Made by a program: the position numbers and the translations under genes. The notes under the pieces were generated by a model. That model was not told where the DNA came from. It saw nothing but the letters and a program-made list of their open reading frames with translations, and did not search any database. A DNA stretch of 64,000 bases. It comes from a virus. Positions 18,791 to 28,871 of this stretch are shown in pieces (within the stretch, counting starts at the first letter, position 1; each line of letters opens with the position of its first letter). The stretch spans positions 1 through 64,000 of IMG/VR virus record IMGVR_UViG_3300021168_000355; one strand, 5' to 3'.

Positions 18791-19927
18791 TTATCCTATA
18801 ACTACATCATAGGTAAACTGGAACGGTAGCTCAAGTACACCAGATGCAACTGCCTCTGCGAATGTGGTCATATTAGGTAAGTTCTCGTAGGCAAAATAAG
18901 TTGAATCCAATTCATTGTAGGTTACCGAATTATAGGTAAAATCATTCTGGTTATACATAGCTCCGCCAGTTATAGTCCTAATACCTAAAACAAATCGGAT
19001 CGTTACTTCGGAGTTAGGTCCAAAGGTAACGCTGATTTGATAGGTCTGATCAATGTTGGGATTTTTACCGTTATCCCCAATCAAGAACTTCATCACCCGC
19101 TTTTTAAGCCATTGGATGCTGAAATTCTTGCCAGATCCTTTAGAAAAATGCCATGTTAAGATACGGCGAAAAATATCGTCGTTGGTCGCTACGATTTGGT
19201 CAGGGAATAATTTTTCGTAACCATTATAAACTAAGGTATTGTATTCCGCAGTATTGTAGGGACCCAATGTCTTAAAAATACCTGATGATAAACTGGGTCT
19301 GATCATTCCATAAAGTCCAGCCGCTACCCAATCAAGTAGCAATCCGGAAATTGGATATTGAGTATAGTTGGGAAGATTAAGTCCGTTGAACGTATCCACA
19401 ATATCATTTTGCATGGAGTTTTGCGAGGCAACGAATGCCTGCAAATCATCATCCATTGAATATTCTTGGTAAAGATATGAGGGGATTGTTGTTAGGCGCC
19501 CCGTTGGTCCCCCAGGTGGAAAGGCGCCTTGTTGGTAATTGGGTAGCGGTGTATTCTCCCCGTCTATCGTGGCTTGTGTCTTTACCAGGACAGCAGAGAA
19601 CTTATGTCCATTCGACGCGGAGTTAACCCAAATACCTTGAGGAGCGGCAGGAAGGTTATAAAAGCCTCCCGGTTCCAAAAGAGTGGTTGTATTGGTTTGG
19701 TACGTTGCAGCAGGACCTGTTGGGTCCACGAAAAGATTGGATAGGGTCGATATACCCTGATCCTTTGTCGTCACTGGATTGACAATATAGCCACCAGCAA
19801 TATCTTTGGTGGCAACGAGAACAGATTGTCCAGCAATAAGAACTTGGGACGCCAATGCTCGTACAGGAACCAAAGCATTGGCGTTATAAGGCGTTGGTAC
19901 AGGCGTCGATTTAACTAGGGCGTTCAT
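18791..19927 (-). CDS. baseplate wedge protein (DUF2612-like)
   Basis: IPSYLYQEY..DDDLQAFV, LLDWVA.GLYG, DDIFRRILTW. Confidence 0.7.
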   Translation of the reverse strand: MNALVKSTPVPTPYNANALVPVRALASQVLIAGQSVLVATKDIAGGYIVNPVTTKDQGISTLSNLFVDPTGPAATYQTNTTTLLEPGGFYNLPAAPQGIWVNSASNGHKFSAVLVKTQATIDGENTPLPNYQQGAFPPGGPTGRLTTIPSYLYQEYSMDDDLQAFVASQNSMQNDIVDTFNGLNLPNYTQYPISGLLLDWVAAGLYGMIRPSLSSGIFKTLGPYNTAEYNTLVYNGYEKLFPDQIVATNDDIFRRILTWHFSKGSGKNFSIQWLKKRVMKFLIGDNGKNPNIDQTYQISVTFGPNSEVTIRFVLGIRTITGGAMYNQNDFTYNSVTYNELDSTYFAYENLPNMTTFAEAVASGVLELPFQFTYDVVIG

Positions 19928-21399
19928 CCCGTTATTGTACCCTGTTGGACTATGGATATATTGTCTACTGTGGTATAGAAATAACTATTGGGATCGCCGT
20001 ATATAACTCCTGTGCCTGGCGTTGGAAGATGACCTGATCCATCGAAATCAACGGAGAACTGTAGGACGGTTACATTCTCTGCTGGAAGAACATTGACAGT
20101 GGCATTAATAAATACAGCCTCCATATTGTATATGTTAAGGGGTGCTACACCCACATAAAGGCTATTGATGTAATCCGCAAGAGCGGGAGCGGCAGCCTGC
20201 TGCACAGCATCCGGCGACACATAGTTTGGAGAGTCAGTATTCCATGTAACAACCATTGTTACTAGTTGTTGTGGAGGAATGATAAATGGAATAACATAAT
20301 TGTCGGGGTAGCTGTTAAGGTTAACCTTTTGTAAAATAGGATTAGGGCTCATAAAGCCGCCACTAATATATTGTGGGAAAGTTGTCGTGTTCGTGGTGTC
20401 CAATGGAGTAGCAAATAATGAATCCAAAAACAATGTTGCCGTTTTAGGGCCGGTAACATTGACATAAAATCCTTGACCATTTAATGGACCCATACCTTGT
20501 AAGCCATTAAACTTCTCCAACATTCCAGTAGACAAATTATGATTATTGGTCGTTGTTACCAATGCAGGATTTGAATTGGTGATATTAGCGACTTGAATTT
20601 CTGGACTATCTAGGGTCTGGATATCAAACAGGGCATAATAAATTGCCCATGCAACTTGGTAGGGATCACCACCACCAACCAATACTATCCATCGACCTGA
20701 GGTAATGTTCTGGCGAACAGAAACAAGCCTTTGCACAACACCGGGAATATTCCAAAGCAATGTCTTAAGGAATCGATCCATTCCAGTTGCTGATGCTAGA
20801 CCAGCAACGAGCGTCCGAGTTCGGAATGAGGTCTCATCTTCCGATGCAATCGAGGGAATACCATTAGCAGTATTAACCACTGTTAAAGTAATGTCTTGAG
20901 GCACAGAAGTAACCAATTGTGTTACAGTCCCTGCAGGTACTGCCCAAGTTCCTGCTACCGTTGCTATAGCATGAATTGGCAAGGACTCACGATTAGTGCC
21001 AACCACTCCACCATCGGTACAAATATATTGATAAGTTCCATCTCCAACAACAAAGCCTGGAATAATAACGAAACCGGGATCACCAATGAATATCACATCC
21101 ACTGCGGTATTGGTAGCTTGAGCAGGTTGAATACCATAAACGTCAATGCCTAAATAATTCAATAGAAAGGCATTCGCTCCATATGGAGTTACTGAATTAA
21201 GTAGGTCAAGAAAGAATTGGTTGGAAACAATAAGTGCGCCAACGTCGGTTGAGGATACGTCCTCAATTAGAGAGGAGGGAAGATTTGCCGTATATCCTGG
21301 ATTCGTCGCCGATACTAAGGTAAGCAACTGCTGCCTCAGCGTAGCTGGGGGCGTCGCTATTGGTCCCGAGGGACCCATTACAATTGGCAACTGAGCCAT
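19924..21399 (-). CDS. baseplate J-like protein
   Basis: PGYTANLP.SLIED, EDE..FRTR, GGGDPYQVA.AI. Confidence 0.85.
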   Translation of the reverse strand: MAQLPIVMGPSGPIATPPATLRQQLLTLVSATNPGYTANLPSSLIEDVSSTDVGALIVSNQFFLDLLNSVTPYGANAFLLNYLGIDVYGIQPAQATNTAVDVIFIGDPGFVIIPGFVVGDGTYQYICTDGGVVGTNRESLPIHAIATVAGTWAVPAGTVTQLVTSVPQDITLTVVNTANGIPSIASEDETSFRTRTLVAGLASATGMDRFLKTLLWNIPGVVQRLVSVRQNITSGRWIVLVGGGDPYQVAWAIYYALFDIQTLDSPEIQVANITNSNPALVTTTNNHNLSTGMLEKFNGLQGMGPLNGQGFYVNVTGPKTATLFLDSLFATPLDTTNTTTFPQYISGGFMSPNPILQKVNLNSYPDNYVIPFIIPPQQLVTMVVTWNTDSPNYVSPDAVQQAAAPALADYINSLYVGVAPLNIYNMEAVFINATVNVLPAENVTVLQFSVDFDGSGHLPTPGTGVIYGDPNSYFYTTVDNISIVQQGTITG

Positions 21400-21420
21400 T
21401 TATCTATCCTTGAAGACCGT

Positions 21421-21449
21421 ATTCTAGCACGAACACAAAATTGACGCAA
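21421..21449 (-). promoter_or_regulatory. sigma70-type promoter upstream of baseplate J
   Basis: TTGCGT-N17-TAGAAT with TG extension. Confidence 0.55.
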
Positions 21450-21453
21450 ACGA

Positions 21454-21828
21454 TTAATAGGGAACTTGGGCCGAGAGAAACGCTCCATACTTGGTTATGA
21501 CCGTTACTAAATAACAAGGTGAAGGTATGCCCCGTTCATCCAAAGCATCAGGTTGCCTCGATATAATCAGGGACAAAAAATACTGGGAAAACTGCTGCTG
21601 GATTCGTGACAAATAGGAATCCGGAGCAATTTGCGACATTACCGATGCATGAGCAGGTATTCCAAAGTTCGCATAGAAGGGACTCTCTCCCAAATTAAGT
21701 TTAATGGTCTGAACGACAGTGGTTAGCCAGACCATGTCATCAAATCCATTTGCATCTGTTTCCACCATAACCCATATCTTTTCGTCGGGGAAAAGAGGGT
21801 CAGGAACTATGCGACCATATGTTCTCAT
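21454..21828 (-). CDS. baseplate wedge subunit (gp25-like)
   Basis: MRTYGR...LKLNLGESPF.ANFGIPA-type motif; position. Confidence 0.7.
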   Translation of the reverse strand: MRTYGRIVPDPLFPDEKIWVMVETDANGFDDMVWLTTVVQTIKLNLGESPFYANFGIPAHASVMSQIAPDSYLSRIQQQFSQYFLSLIISRQPDALDERGIPSPCYLVTVITKYGAFLSAQVPY

Positions 21829-22733
21829 GCCGTTGTATGATCCACTATTAGACCCATTGTCACAAGGGCAGCCAACAACGAAGCAAGCGCCGTATTACCA
21901 CCCTTCGCTCCAGTTATGGTTGCGGGAAGGGTGCCTTGTATTGGAGCACCAGGAGGTCCTTGAGGCCCTTGCGGTCCCGCTGATCCCCCAGGTCCGACAG
22001 ATCCTGTCGGTGTCGTTATCATTCCAGTTGCGTGCAAATCTCCAATAATTTGAACCACAGTCTTTTCAACTGGAGTTGGAATTGTTGGAATTGTGGGTGG
22101 ACTTACAGTATCATCCATCGTCGTGACGGTGCTTGGAGCACCGAAAGCGAAGTTCTGGGCAACGTGGTTAATCGTGCTGGCAGCATTAGTTAAAGTTTGT
22201 CCAGCAATATGAGCAAGTGCCTGTGTTGCCTGATGGATGATATTAGCGGAAGATGTATGAAGGATATTGTTTAAGGCATCTATGATCTGGGTAGTCTTGC
22301 CATCCGCAGATTGAGTGGTATGACCTGAAGGACCTCCAGTCACAAGGAACATGTTGGGGTCGCGCTTTGGCCACTTTGTATTGCTGATGGGTTGGAATAT
22401 TGCATTTGTCAGATTGCCTCTAATATGTAAAGAGGCAGTTCCACCAGGATTTGCACTGGGTCCAGCCAGCGAGAAATCACCCATAAGAACGAAGCCTGGA
22501 TCACCAATTTGAGTGGGTTCCCGATGATACTTGGAAAAGCTTTGAGGAACAACAATCTTGGGTAGAGTGTATGGACCTGTTACATCGAAGGTCAGTTCAA
22601 TGAGGTCATTTTCCTTAATTGCCGAGACATGGCAGGGAAGTCTCTTGGGCTGAACCTGATGACCATTCTGCACCTGCGTCTTGACGTAGGCGTGGATATT
22701 CCTAGTAAATGAAACCTTCTGGACGTCATCCAT
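21825..22733 (-). CDS. baseplate central spike
   Basis: OB-fold N-terminus (LPCHV, P.QIGD.G) plus beta-helix repeats. Confidence 0.7.
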   Translation of the reverse strand: MDDVQKVSFTRNIHAYVKTQVQNGHQVQPKRLPCHVSAIKENDLIELTFDVTGPYTLPKIVVPQSFSKYHREPTQIGDPGFVLMGDFSLAGPSANPGGTASLHIRGNLTNAIFQPISNTKWPKRDPNMFLVTGGPSGHTTQSADGKTTQIIDALNNILHTSSANIIHQATQALAHIAGQTLTNAASTINHVAQNFAFGAPSTVTTMDDTVSPPTIPTIPTPVEKTVVQIIGDLHATGMITTPTGSVGPGGSAGPQGPQGPPGAPIQGTLPATITGAKGGNTALASLLAALVTMGLIVDHTTA

Positions 22734-23221
22734 TAGGGAGACACCTCAAACGTCTGATTCCTATATACTAAAGTGGATTTGAAATAGGGAGCAACCATAT
22801 TGATAAGGTAATCAACGACACCCATAACTGTCACTTCACCTGGATCAACTGAAACTGGATAACACATCTCGGTCTTACTAAGAGGCAATACAAATCCTGA
22901 CCCATTATAACCATTCGGACTCATACTGCTAATGGTTACTTTTACCGGAGCACCAATGATAAAAGGATGCGGAGCATTTGTCGTTATCACAGCCCTCATA
23001 TTTTGTGGGTCCCAAAACGCACCTGATATAGGCATAGAGGTAGGACTCTCGATCAAAGGAACCGCAGCAATTAATATGCCTCCCATTGTAACCACATTAA
23101 CATAATACCGTCTAGCGGATATATTCCAAGTGATGGTGACATTATATTGATTTCCATCCAAAGTGGGAGTAAATACTGGAGCACTAACTCTGGATGGAAT
23201 GAATTGATAATAGGTTGTCAT
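22733..23221 (-). CDS. baseplate plug-like protein
   Basis: FTPTLDG..Y...ITWN...RRYYV. Confidence 0.65.
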   Translation of the reverse strand: MTTYYQFIPSRVSAPVFTPTLDGNQYNVTITWNISARRYYVNVVTMGGILIAAVPLIESPTSMPISGAFWDPQNMRAVITTNAPHPFIIGAPVKVTISSMSPNGYNGSGFVLPLSKTEMCYPVSVDPGEVTVMGVVDYLINMVAPYFKSTLVYRNQTFEVSP

Positions 23222-23994
23222 GAGAAGGGACTTGTGACCACAGTGGGTTGACCAGTGAAAGGATTGAAAGTAGCAGTGGAAGAAGTTGTATTATTAAACG
23301 GTGTTTGACTGATTGTGGGTGCAGAAGCCGCTGCTCCTGGTCCTGTGTTAACAACGCTAGGTGGATTACCTCCAGCTGTTCCTGCTCCAGATGGATCGCC
23401 TGATGATGGGACTCCTGAATTGATCTGGTTCATAAGGTTGCTTAATGCTCCTGATGCATCTTCCAATGAGACCAAAGGTCGTGTAAAATCCCATTTCCAT
23501 GCATTCTGCGGAATGGGAGATTGAGGCATAGAGCAATCGGACAAATTAAGCATAAGCATATTGGTATAGGTATATGCAGGGGTGTAAACCGTATATGTTC
23601 CCCCTGCATTGTTGTGGGAGTCTAGGGTAGCTTTGAGCGCCTGCATTGTCTGGAGTTTAACTGACCACGCCGATTGTTGTTTCATTGGCGTAATCATAAT
23701 CAGGGAGACATTGATTGGGTTCCTGATAATAGCATTGGCAGCTACAGTCAAATTGGCAAAGGGATATTCAGCAGGTTGCTGTTCAATCAAACTTCCACCT
23801 GCTGCGGGTGAAAATATAGCAAAGGCATCTTCCAATTGAAAGTCTGGATCACCTGTTAACAGATTTTGAGAAAAGGCATTTGGATTCGTCAATGCTACAA
23901 GGGGTAGCATTCCACCCGTAATATTGGTTGCGATTCCACCTGTCAATACGATAGGCGAAATCTGGAAGTTGAGTTGTTGTTGGCTAAGGCTCAT
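23218..23994 (-). CDS. tail tube initiator/Dit-like protein
   Basis: YPFAN..VAANA.I..P, H.NAGG.Y.V.TP, WDF..PL. Confidence 0.65.
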   Translation of the reverse strand: MSLSQQQLNFQISPIVLTGGIATNITGGMLPLVALTNPNAFSQNLLTGDPDFQLEDAFAIFSPAAGGSLIEQQPAEYPFANLTVAANAIIRNPINVSLIMITPMKQQSAWSVKLQTMQALKATLDSHNNAGGTYTVYTPAYTYTNMLMLNLSDCSMPQSPIPQNAWKWDFTRPLVSLEDASGALSNLMNQINSGVPSSGDPSGAGTAGGNPPSVVNTGPGAAASAPTISQTPFNNTTSSTATFNPFTGQPTVVTSPFS

Positions 23995-25463
23995 GTTGAA
24001 CTACCTGTACCACTTCCTTCACCTGTTTGACTAAAAGGTAATTTACCACCTTCTGCCGTTGGACCCGTTGGAGCATCGGTAGCGGTATTTGTACCACCTC
24101 CTCCAGATCCACCTGTAACAGCCTCAATGATCGTAACCCAAGAATCCATAGATGGAGACCGAAACTTTCCTATATGACGAACACTTGTAACAGTCCACGA
24201 TCCCTGGAATGCTAGGACATTGTTATTTTGACCGATCTTAGCTTGATCGGGACTACTCACCGTTGCCAATGTATTTGCTGGAAGTGTTATATCTACTGTG
24301 TTACCTGAGGTAGGACTTATATCTCCTCTCAACAGACATTTAATGGAAATCTTATTAGCACCAATCCATGTGGGTTGACCAACGAAATCTGTGTATTGGA
24401 GAGCAATAGGTCCACCACTCGATTGAGTGTCATCCTTAACCGTTATATCATTCCCTTGAGAATGAATCCGTACTCCTTGATATCCTGACGTTTGCGGAGT
24501 TCCCAACAGATCATGGCTCAGGGATTTAAGATAAGTGGAATACTGTTCTATGGATTGGTAAAATCCATGATCATCGTATGCCAATTTGATCTTATCGGAT
24601 ATATTGACAATAACATTGGCTTGTGGGAATGCTGTCTGGAGCGTGTTCTTAATGGCTTGAGAGAAAGGCTGGTTTGCTGGAACATTGTGGACAATGTTCT
24701 TGGGATTGGTCGGTCCACCCACTCCCCCAGGTGAGCCTGGGGTGACGAAGAACTCTAAGGATAGGTCATTATACACCCAATTCCCGAGAGCAGGCCAGAT
24801 ATTGCCATCCAGTATCAACCCCTGATGGGGGACCTGTAGATTGGCTAAAGGTAATCCATTTGTGTAGCCTGCCCACATTTGCAATCGGCAGTTGTTAAAT
24901 TTGGAAGATTGAGTAACCATGCTAAATGGAATACCGCGTATCTTTATCCACGCAGAGTTTGGAGCTCCAGAGTCGCCTACTGGAGTTTCTATGTTAAATT
25001 CAATATCCAGGGCTCCAGGATCATTCTGGCCATTCACCACTGAAATGAATTGAGCGCCTTGAGGTCCTCCCCCTGATCCACCCGATCCAGACCCTTGCTG
25101 TATACCTGATCCACCAATCGGTGCTGTTTTAACAGGTTGAACAGATGCGGGTGGAGTAGGTAGGGAGAAATCGACATTGTAATGGGTGATATCGGGGTTG
25201 AGGGCTGTATCCCAAGGCTGAGTAGCATTGGGAGACATGGTAACAGAACCACCTAATACGTCATCGTCTCCAGGAGCGGTAACGGTTAGGAGTTCTGCAC
25301 TTCGGAATCCTAATTGCCTAGCATTTCTGGAAGCGGCTAATTGAGCTAAAACTGTACTTGCTACCGTACCATTTGAAGCCACAGGGGATCCTGCCGATCC
25401 GCTGGTGTTTCCAGCGTTCGCAGGGGACTCTCCCGCTGCTATTTTAATGGCGTAATATCTCAT
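23991..25463 (-). CDS. baseplate hub protein
   Basis: MRYY.I.I, DPGAL.IEF, GLPLAN, D.VGQPTW, VRH.G.FR.P...SW.T. Confidence 0.7.
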   Translation of the reverse strand: MRYYAIKIAAGESPANAGNTSGSAGSPVASNGTVASTVLAQLAASRNARQLGFRSAELLTVTAPGDDDVLGGSVTMSPNATQPWDTALNPDITHYNVDFSLPTPPASVQPVKTAPIGGSGIQQGSGSGGSGGGPQGAQFISVVNGQNDPGALDIEFNIETPVGDSGAPNSAWIKIRGIPFSMVTQSSKFNNCRLQMWAGYTNGLPLANLQVPHQGLILDGNIWPALGNWVYNDLSLEFFVTPGSPGGVGGPTNPKNIVHNVPANQPFSQAIKNTLQTAFPQANVIVNISDKIKLAYDDHGFYQSIEQYSTYLKSLSHDLLGTPQTSGYQGVRIHSQGNDITVKDDTQSSGGPIALQYTDFVGQPTWIGANKISIKCLLRGDISPTSGNTVDITLPANTLATVSSPDQAKIGQNNNVLAFQGSWTVTSVRHIGKFRSPSMDSWVTIIEAVTGGSGGGGTNTATDAPTGPTAEGGKLPFSQTGEGSGTGSST

Positions 25464-25654
25464 TGACCAATCTTGACTTGAGCCTGTATAACAGTGGGTT
25501 GAAGACCGCTATTTGGTACCGGGATAGTTACTCTAGCGGACATAATCCGTCCATGAACGCTAGGACCTAAGCCACCTTGAACACCTGGGGGAAGATGAAG
25601 AGGACCAGGTCTCAATTGGTTCAGGATCATTCGTTGTCGTGTCGTAGGTAACAT
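25460..25654 (-). CDS. small hypothetical protein
   Basis: Fills the gap between tape measure and hub; ATGA overlap. Confidence 0.5.
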   Translation of the reverse strand: MLPTTRQRMILNQLRPGPLHLPPGVQGGLGPSVHGRIMSARVTIPVPNSGLQPTVIQAQVKIGQ

Positions 25655-25662
25655 GATATCTC

Positions 25663-27669
25663 CTATGCAACTTGGAATTGACCAGAGCCAGCACCAAGCA
25701 TACCACCTTGGACTATGACATTGGCTCCAGCTTGGTTATTCACATTCAACTTGACGAAGTGAGCAGGATGGGCACCCTGGAAATTACCCAAATCATTCAT
25801 TGAGGTTTTCTCAGAAGTCTTTTTTGGCGGTGCAGGAGTTTCGGATGTTTTAGGTGTCGTTGTTCGACCCTTCTCACCTTCTAGTGCTTTCCTGAAGGTA
25901 GCTCCTGTTTCTTCACTCCATACACCATGCCAAGTGGGACCAAGAATGCCCCTTAAGATCGAGGGATTCTTTTGTGCTTCTTCCCACCGATTACCGATTA
26001 GTTTTTTGGCTAGGTGTAATGCCACTTTATCTTGATTTTCAGGTGAAAGGTTCTTTGGATCTAAGCCAAGTTCCCGAGCATTTGAGGCCCAAGTAGCTCC
26101 CAAGAATTGATATCTATTACCCTGAAAAGCTGCGCCTCGATCAGGATCTCCACTTAAATAAGACTTGGCTCCAGACTCATGCAAAGCCAGAATATCCAAC
26201 AAGGCTCGATCTTCTGGTGCCATATTCGTACTGGCTGCAAACGTCATTCCGCCAGTTCCAGGGCTTCCGCCCCCAGTTGTGTTCGCTCCGTAAGTTCCGC
26301 CAGACCCTCGCATCCTTATACCGAGTGGCACATGAGTACCGCCAAATCCTGCTCCACCACCACCAACCACACTATCTGTGGAAATATCGGCAGCTTTGAG
26401 GAGGTCGATGAGCGTCTTGTCCTGAACAATGAGTGGACTTCCAGAAGTACCCGCAGGAAGTTCACCCGCATGAGCAGAACTGATAGGGGAAAATTCACCA
26501 GGAATTGCATCCTTGAACTTCTTCCACCAGTCTCCCCAAGGGATCGGCGTCGCTTCTCCTGGATGATCCTTATCTGGTTCCTTAGGCATTCCAGGAATAA
26601 TATCAAAGAAATGGGTTACACTAGATTTCCATCCCTCAATAGCTTTAATGAGGTTTTCTATCGCGGTAATCACACCCGTAAGTTTGGGCAGCATCTCCGC
26701 AGTCCATCGTTGCATTTCGGTAATGAAGGTCGCCTCGAGGCTCTGCATTGCATGGATAAGTGCTTCTTCCTTCTCAATCTGATCCTTAGTTAATTCGTAT
26801 TGGCTTTTCCTGCTCTCTGCTTCCTTGATATAAGCTGCCAATTGTTTCTCATCAGCATTCCGAAGCTTAATCAACTCCTCATCTGAAAATAAGCTACCGA
26901 GCCCTCTCGCATGGGCGATTGATAGGGCCGTGCGATCGGAACCCTGATGCATCTGGGCGGCGGCTCTTTGGATCATTTCCCTTGATAGCGCGCCAGTTTC
27001 TCGACCCTCAAAACTACCCTTCATTCCAAGCCCAGCACGCATTGCGACATACTGGGGTGACGTGATATCGTATCGACCCTGAGCCGCATTTGCCATAGCA
27101 GCGTCAGGATTAACCCAACGATCTAGCCATGTTTCATTGGCGGTCATTGATCCAATAGAGGCACCAAAGCCCGCTGCGCGTCGTCCTCTACCTGCTCCCT
27201 CTTTAGCTAAGGCATAAAGACCTGTCGCAGCAGCAACGGCGGCAGTTGCTAGTCCAACAATTGCTAATCCAGCAACACCAAATGCCTTAGCAGCAGTTCC
27301 AGCTGCCATAGCTAGAGCGCCAACTTCTTCTCCAGCCACCATCGATCCGCCGGTCTTGATAAGAGCGGAAGATCCAGACTTCACTAATCGTTGGAGATTA
27401 TTCCATTGACCACCAATAGAGGTCAAGTTTTTGGCGACATTCTCAAGTTCTCCAGCCCACCCTTTAGTGGATTTAGATAATTTGGACACAGAAGATTCCA
27501 TCCGGCTCATACCGCCGGACATGTTTTTCCAAATATCCATTTTTGCGCGCCAGATACCCTCTGTCGCTTTTAATTGTTCGGCATATTGATTGAAGGACTC
27601 CGCAAATTCATCAAAGGAGATTTTAACTTCCTTGAAAACTTGAGCGGCGCCATCACCCTCAGCCATCAT
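25663..27669 (-). CDS. tape measure protein with lambda-lysozyme-like domain
   Basis: Helical Ala/Gly-rich N-terminus; ALLD.LA.HESG..Y...RYQFL..TW...SPENQD..A. Confidence 0.8.
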   Translation of the reverse strand: MMAEGDGAAQVFKEVKISFDEFAESFNQYAEQLKATEGIWRAKMDIWKNMSGGMSRMESSVSKLSKSTKGWAGELENVAKNLTSIGGQWNNLQRLVKSGSSALIKTGGSMVAGEEVGALAMAAGTAAKAFGVAGLAIVGLATAAVAAATGLYALAKEGAGRGRRAAGFGASIGSMTANETWLDRWVNPDAAMANAAQGRYDITSPQYVAMRAGLGMKGSFEGRETGALSREMIQRAAAQMHQGSDRTALSIAHARGLGSLFSDEELIKLRNADEKQLAAYIKEAESRKSQYELTKDQIEKEEALIHAMQSLEATFITEMQRWTAEMLPKLTGVITAIENLIKAIEGWKSSVTHFFDIIPGMPKEPDKDHPGEATPIPWGDWWKKFKDAIPGEFSPISSAHAGELPAGTSGSPLIVQDKTLIDLLKAADISTDSVVGGGGAGFGGTHVPLGIRMRGSGGTYGANTTGGGSPGTGGMTFAASTNMAPEDRALLDILALHESGAKSYLSGDPDRGAAFQGNRYQFLGATWASNARELGLDPKNLSPENQDKVALHLAKKLIGNRWEEAQKNPSILRGILGPTWHGVWSEETGATFRKALEGEKGRTTTPKTSETPAPPKKTSEKTSMNDLGNFQGAHPAHFVKLNVNNQAGANVIVQGGMLGAGSGQFQVA

Positions 27670-27778
27670 GTTCTCCAGAGATTAATTATGTGGCGCTGGC
27701 GCCATTCCAGTGCGGACTCAAACCTTCTATTACCTATCTGAGCGTAGAACTGTGCGAAGCCTTCTCCTGTTGCCCAAT

Positions 27779-28384
27779 CTAAGATGGTACCGACGATGCT
27801 CTCTGAACCGGGGGCTTGGGTGTCTCCGGAACCTTCTCTCCAGTATTCCCTTCCCCAGTCGAGGTCGTTAAAGAATTGCTGAACACCGTAACATTGGATG
27901 ACATAATTTGCGCATTCCAGATTGACTTCAAACCCTGATACGCCATCGGCAGTTCCTTCTTTATATGGACCGCCGAGGCAACAATAAAATAGACGATGGC
28001 ATTTTCCGCCTCCGCCAAAGACTCCTCGTCAACCATCTTCTTCATCTTCACCTCACCAAACGGCACCGTTTCCCAACCCCCAGAGGGCTTGGGCATCAGA
28101 ACGTTGGTGAGACGATAAATCTCTTGGAATAAATTATTTTGTACCGTTTCCTCAATCTCCATTTCTTTAGCGGTATCTCTTAGTAACATAGCGGAGACAC
28201 GTGGAGCCATTGCAGGTCCAAGACCATTTGAGTAAATGGCCGATAGAGTTCGGGTCAGGACCAGATAATTGGATTCAAACACCTCTCTCGATAAAGGCAC
28301 AGAATGAACCCAAATTTTACCCATGTCAGTATCCAGAGGTACCGCCAGATTAAGTTTCTTGTTTATGGACACAACATTAGCCAT
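27779..28384 (-). CDS. tail assembly chaperone (G-like)
   Basis: Position between tube and tape measure. Confidence 0.65.
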   Translation of the reverse strand: MANVVSINKKLNLAVPLDTDMGKIWVHSVPLSREVFESNYLVLTRTLSAIYSNGLGPAMAPRVSAMLLRDTAKEMEIEETVQNNLFQEIYRLTNVLMPKPSGGWETVPFGEVKMKKMVDEESLAEAENAIVYFIVASAVHIKKELPMAYQGLKSIWNAQIMSSNVTVFSNSLTTSTGEGNTGEKVPETPKPPVQRASSVPS

Positions 28385-28406
28385 GTATCACCTCCCAGTG
28401 ATATCC

Positions 28407-28847
28407 TCAAGTATTGAATAGGAACGCATTGACGAGGTAGTAACCTTTTGCCGTCACGACCCAAGAGGGATCCTCACCGGCGAACGACATTTCCCTGACA
28501 CTTTCAAGGACCATGTTGTTCAGGCTATAGAGCCCAAGCGTCGTGGAGTCAGGACGAACGGTGGCGGCGCCAACGACACAATTACTCTCAAATTGTGCCT
28601 TATATACGGCAGCCAGTGGCTGTGACTTGACGAGCGCCATCGTCAAGGTCACGATTTGATAGGGTGCAGGAGATGGAACTGCGCCTGTCATTGTTGGAAG
28701 GTAATCAGAGGCATTGCCTTCCAGTGCGAGCCTCAACCCCTCTTTCGCGAGATAAGAGGAGACGAGATTAAGTTGAGGGTTATCAGGCCACACCACACTC
28801 GCACGAATGCGGTTCAATTGGCCTTGGTCTACGAGTGGGGTCGCCAT
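28407..28847 (-). CDS. tail tube protein
   Basis: QG.LNR.RASV, LPT.TG.V.SP.PY, GYY.VN; follows the sheath. Confidence 0.75.
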   Translation of the reverse strand: MATPLVDQGQLNRIRASVVWPDNPQLNLVSSYLAKEGLRLALEGNASDYLPTMTGAVPSPAPYQIVTLTMALVKSQPLAAVYKAQFESNCVVGAATVRPDSTTLGLYSLNNMVLESVREMSFAGEDPSWVVTAKGYYLVNAFLFNT

Positions 28848-28871
28848 TGTTGAGGCTCCTTAAGTTTCCGA

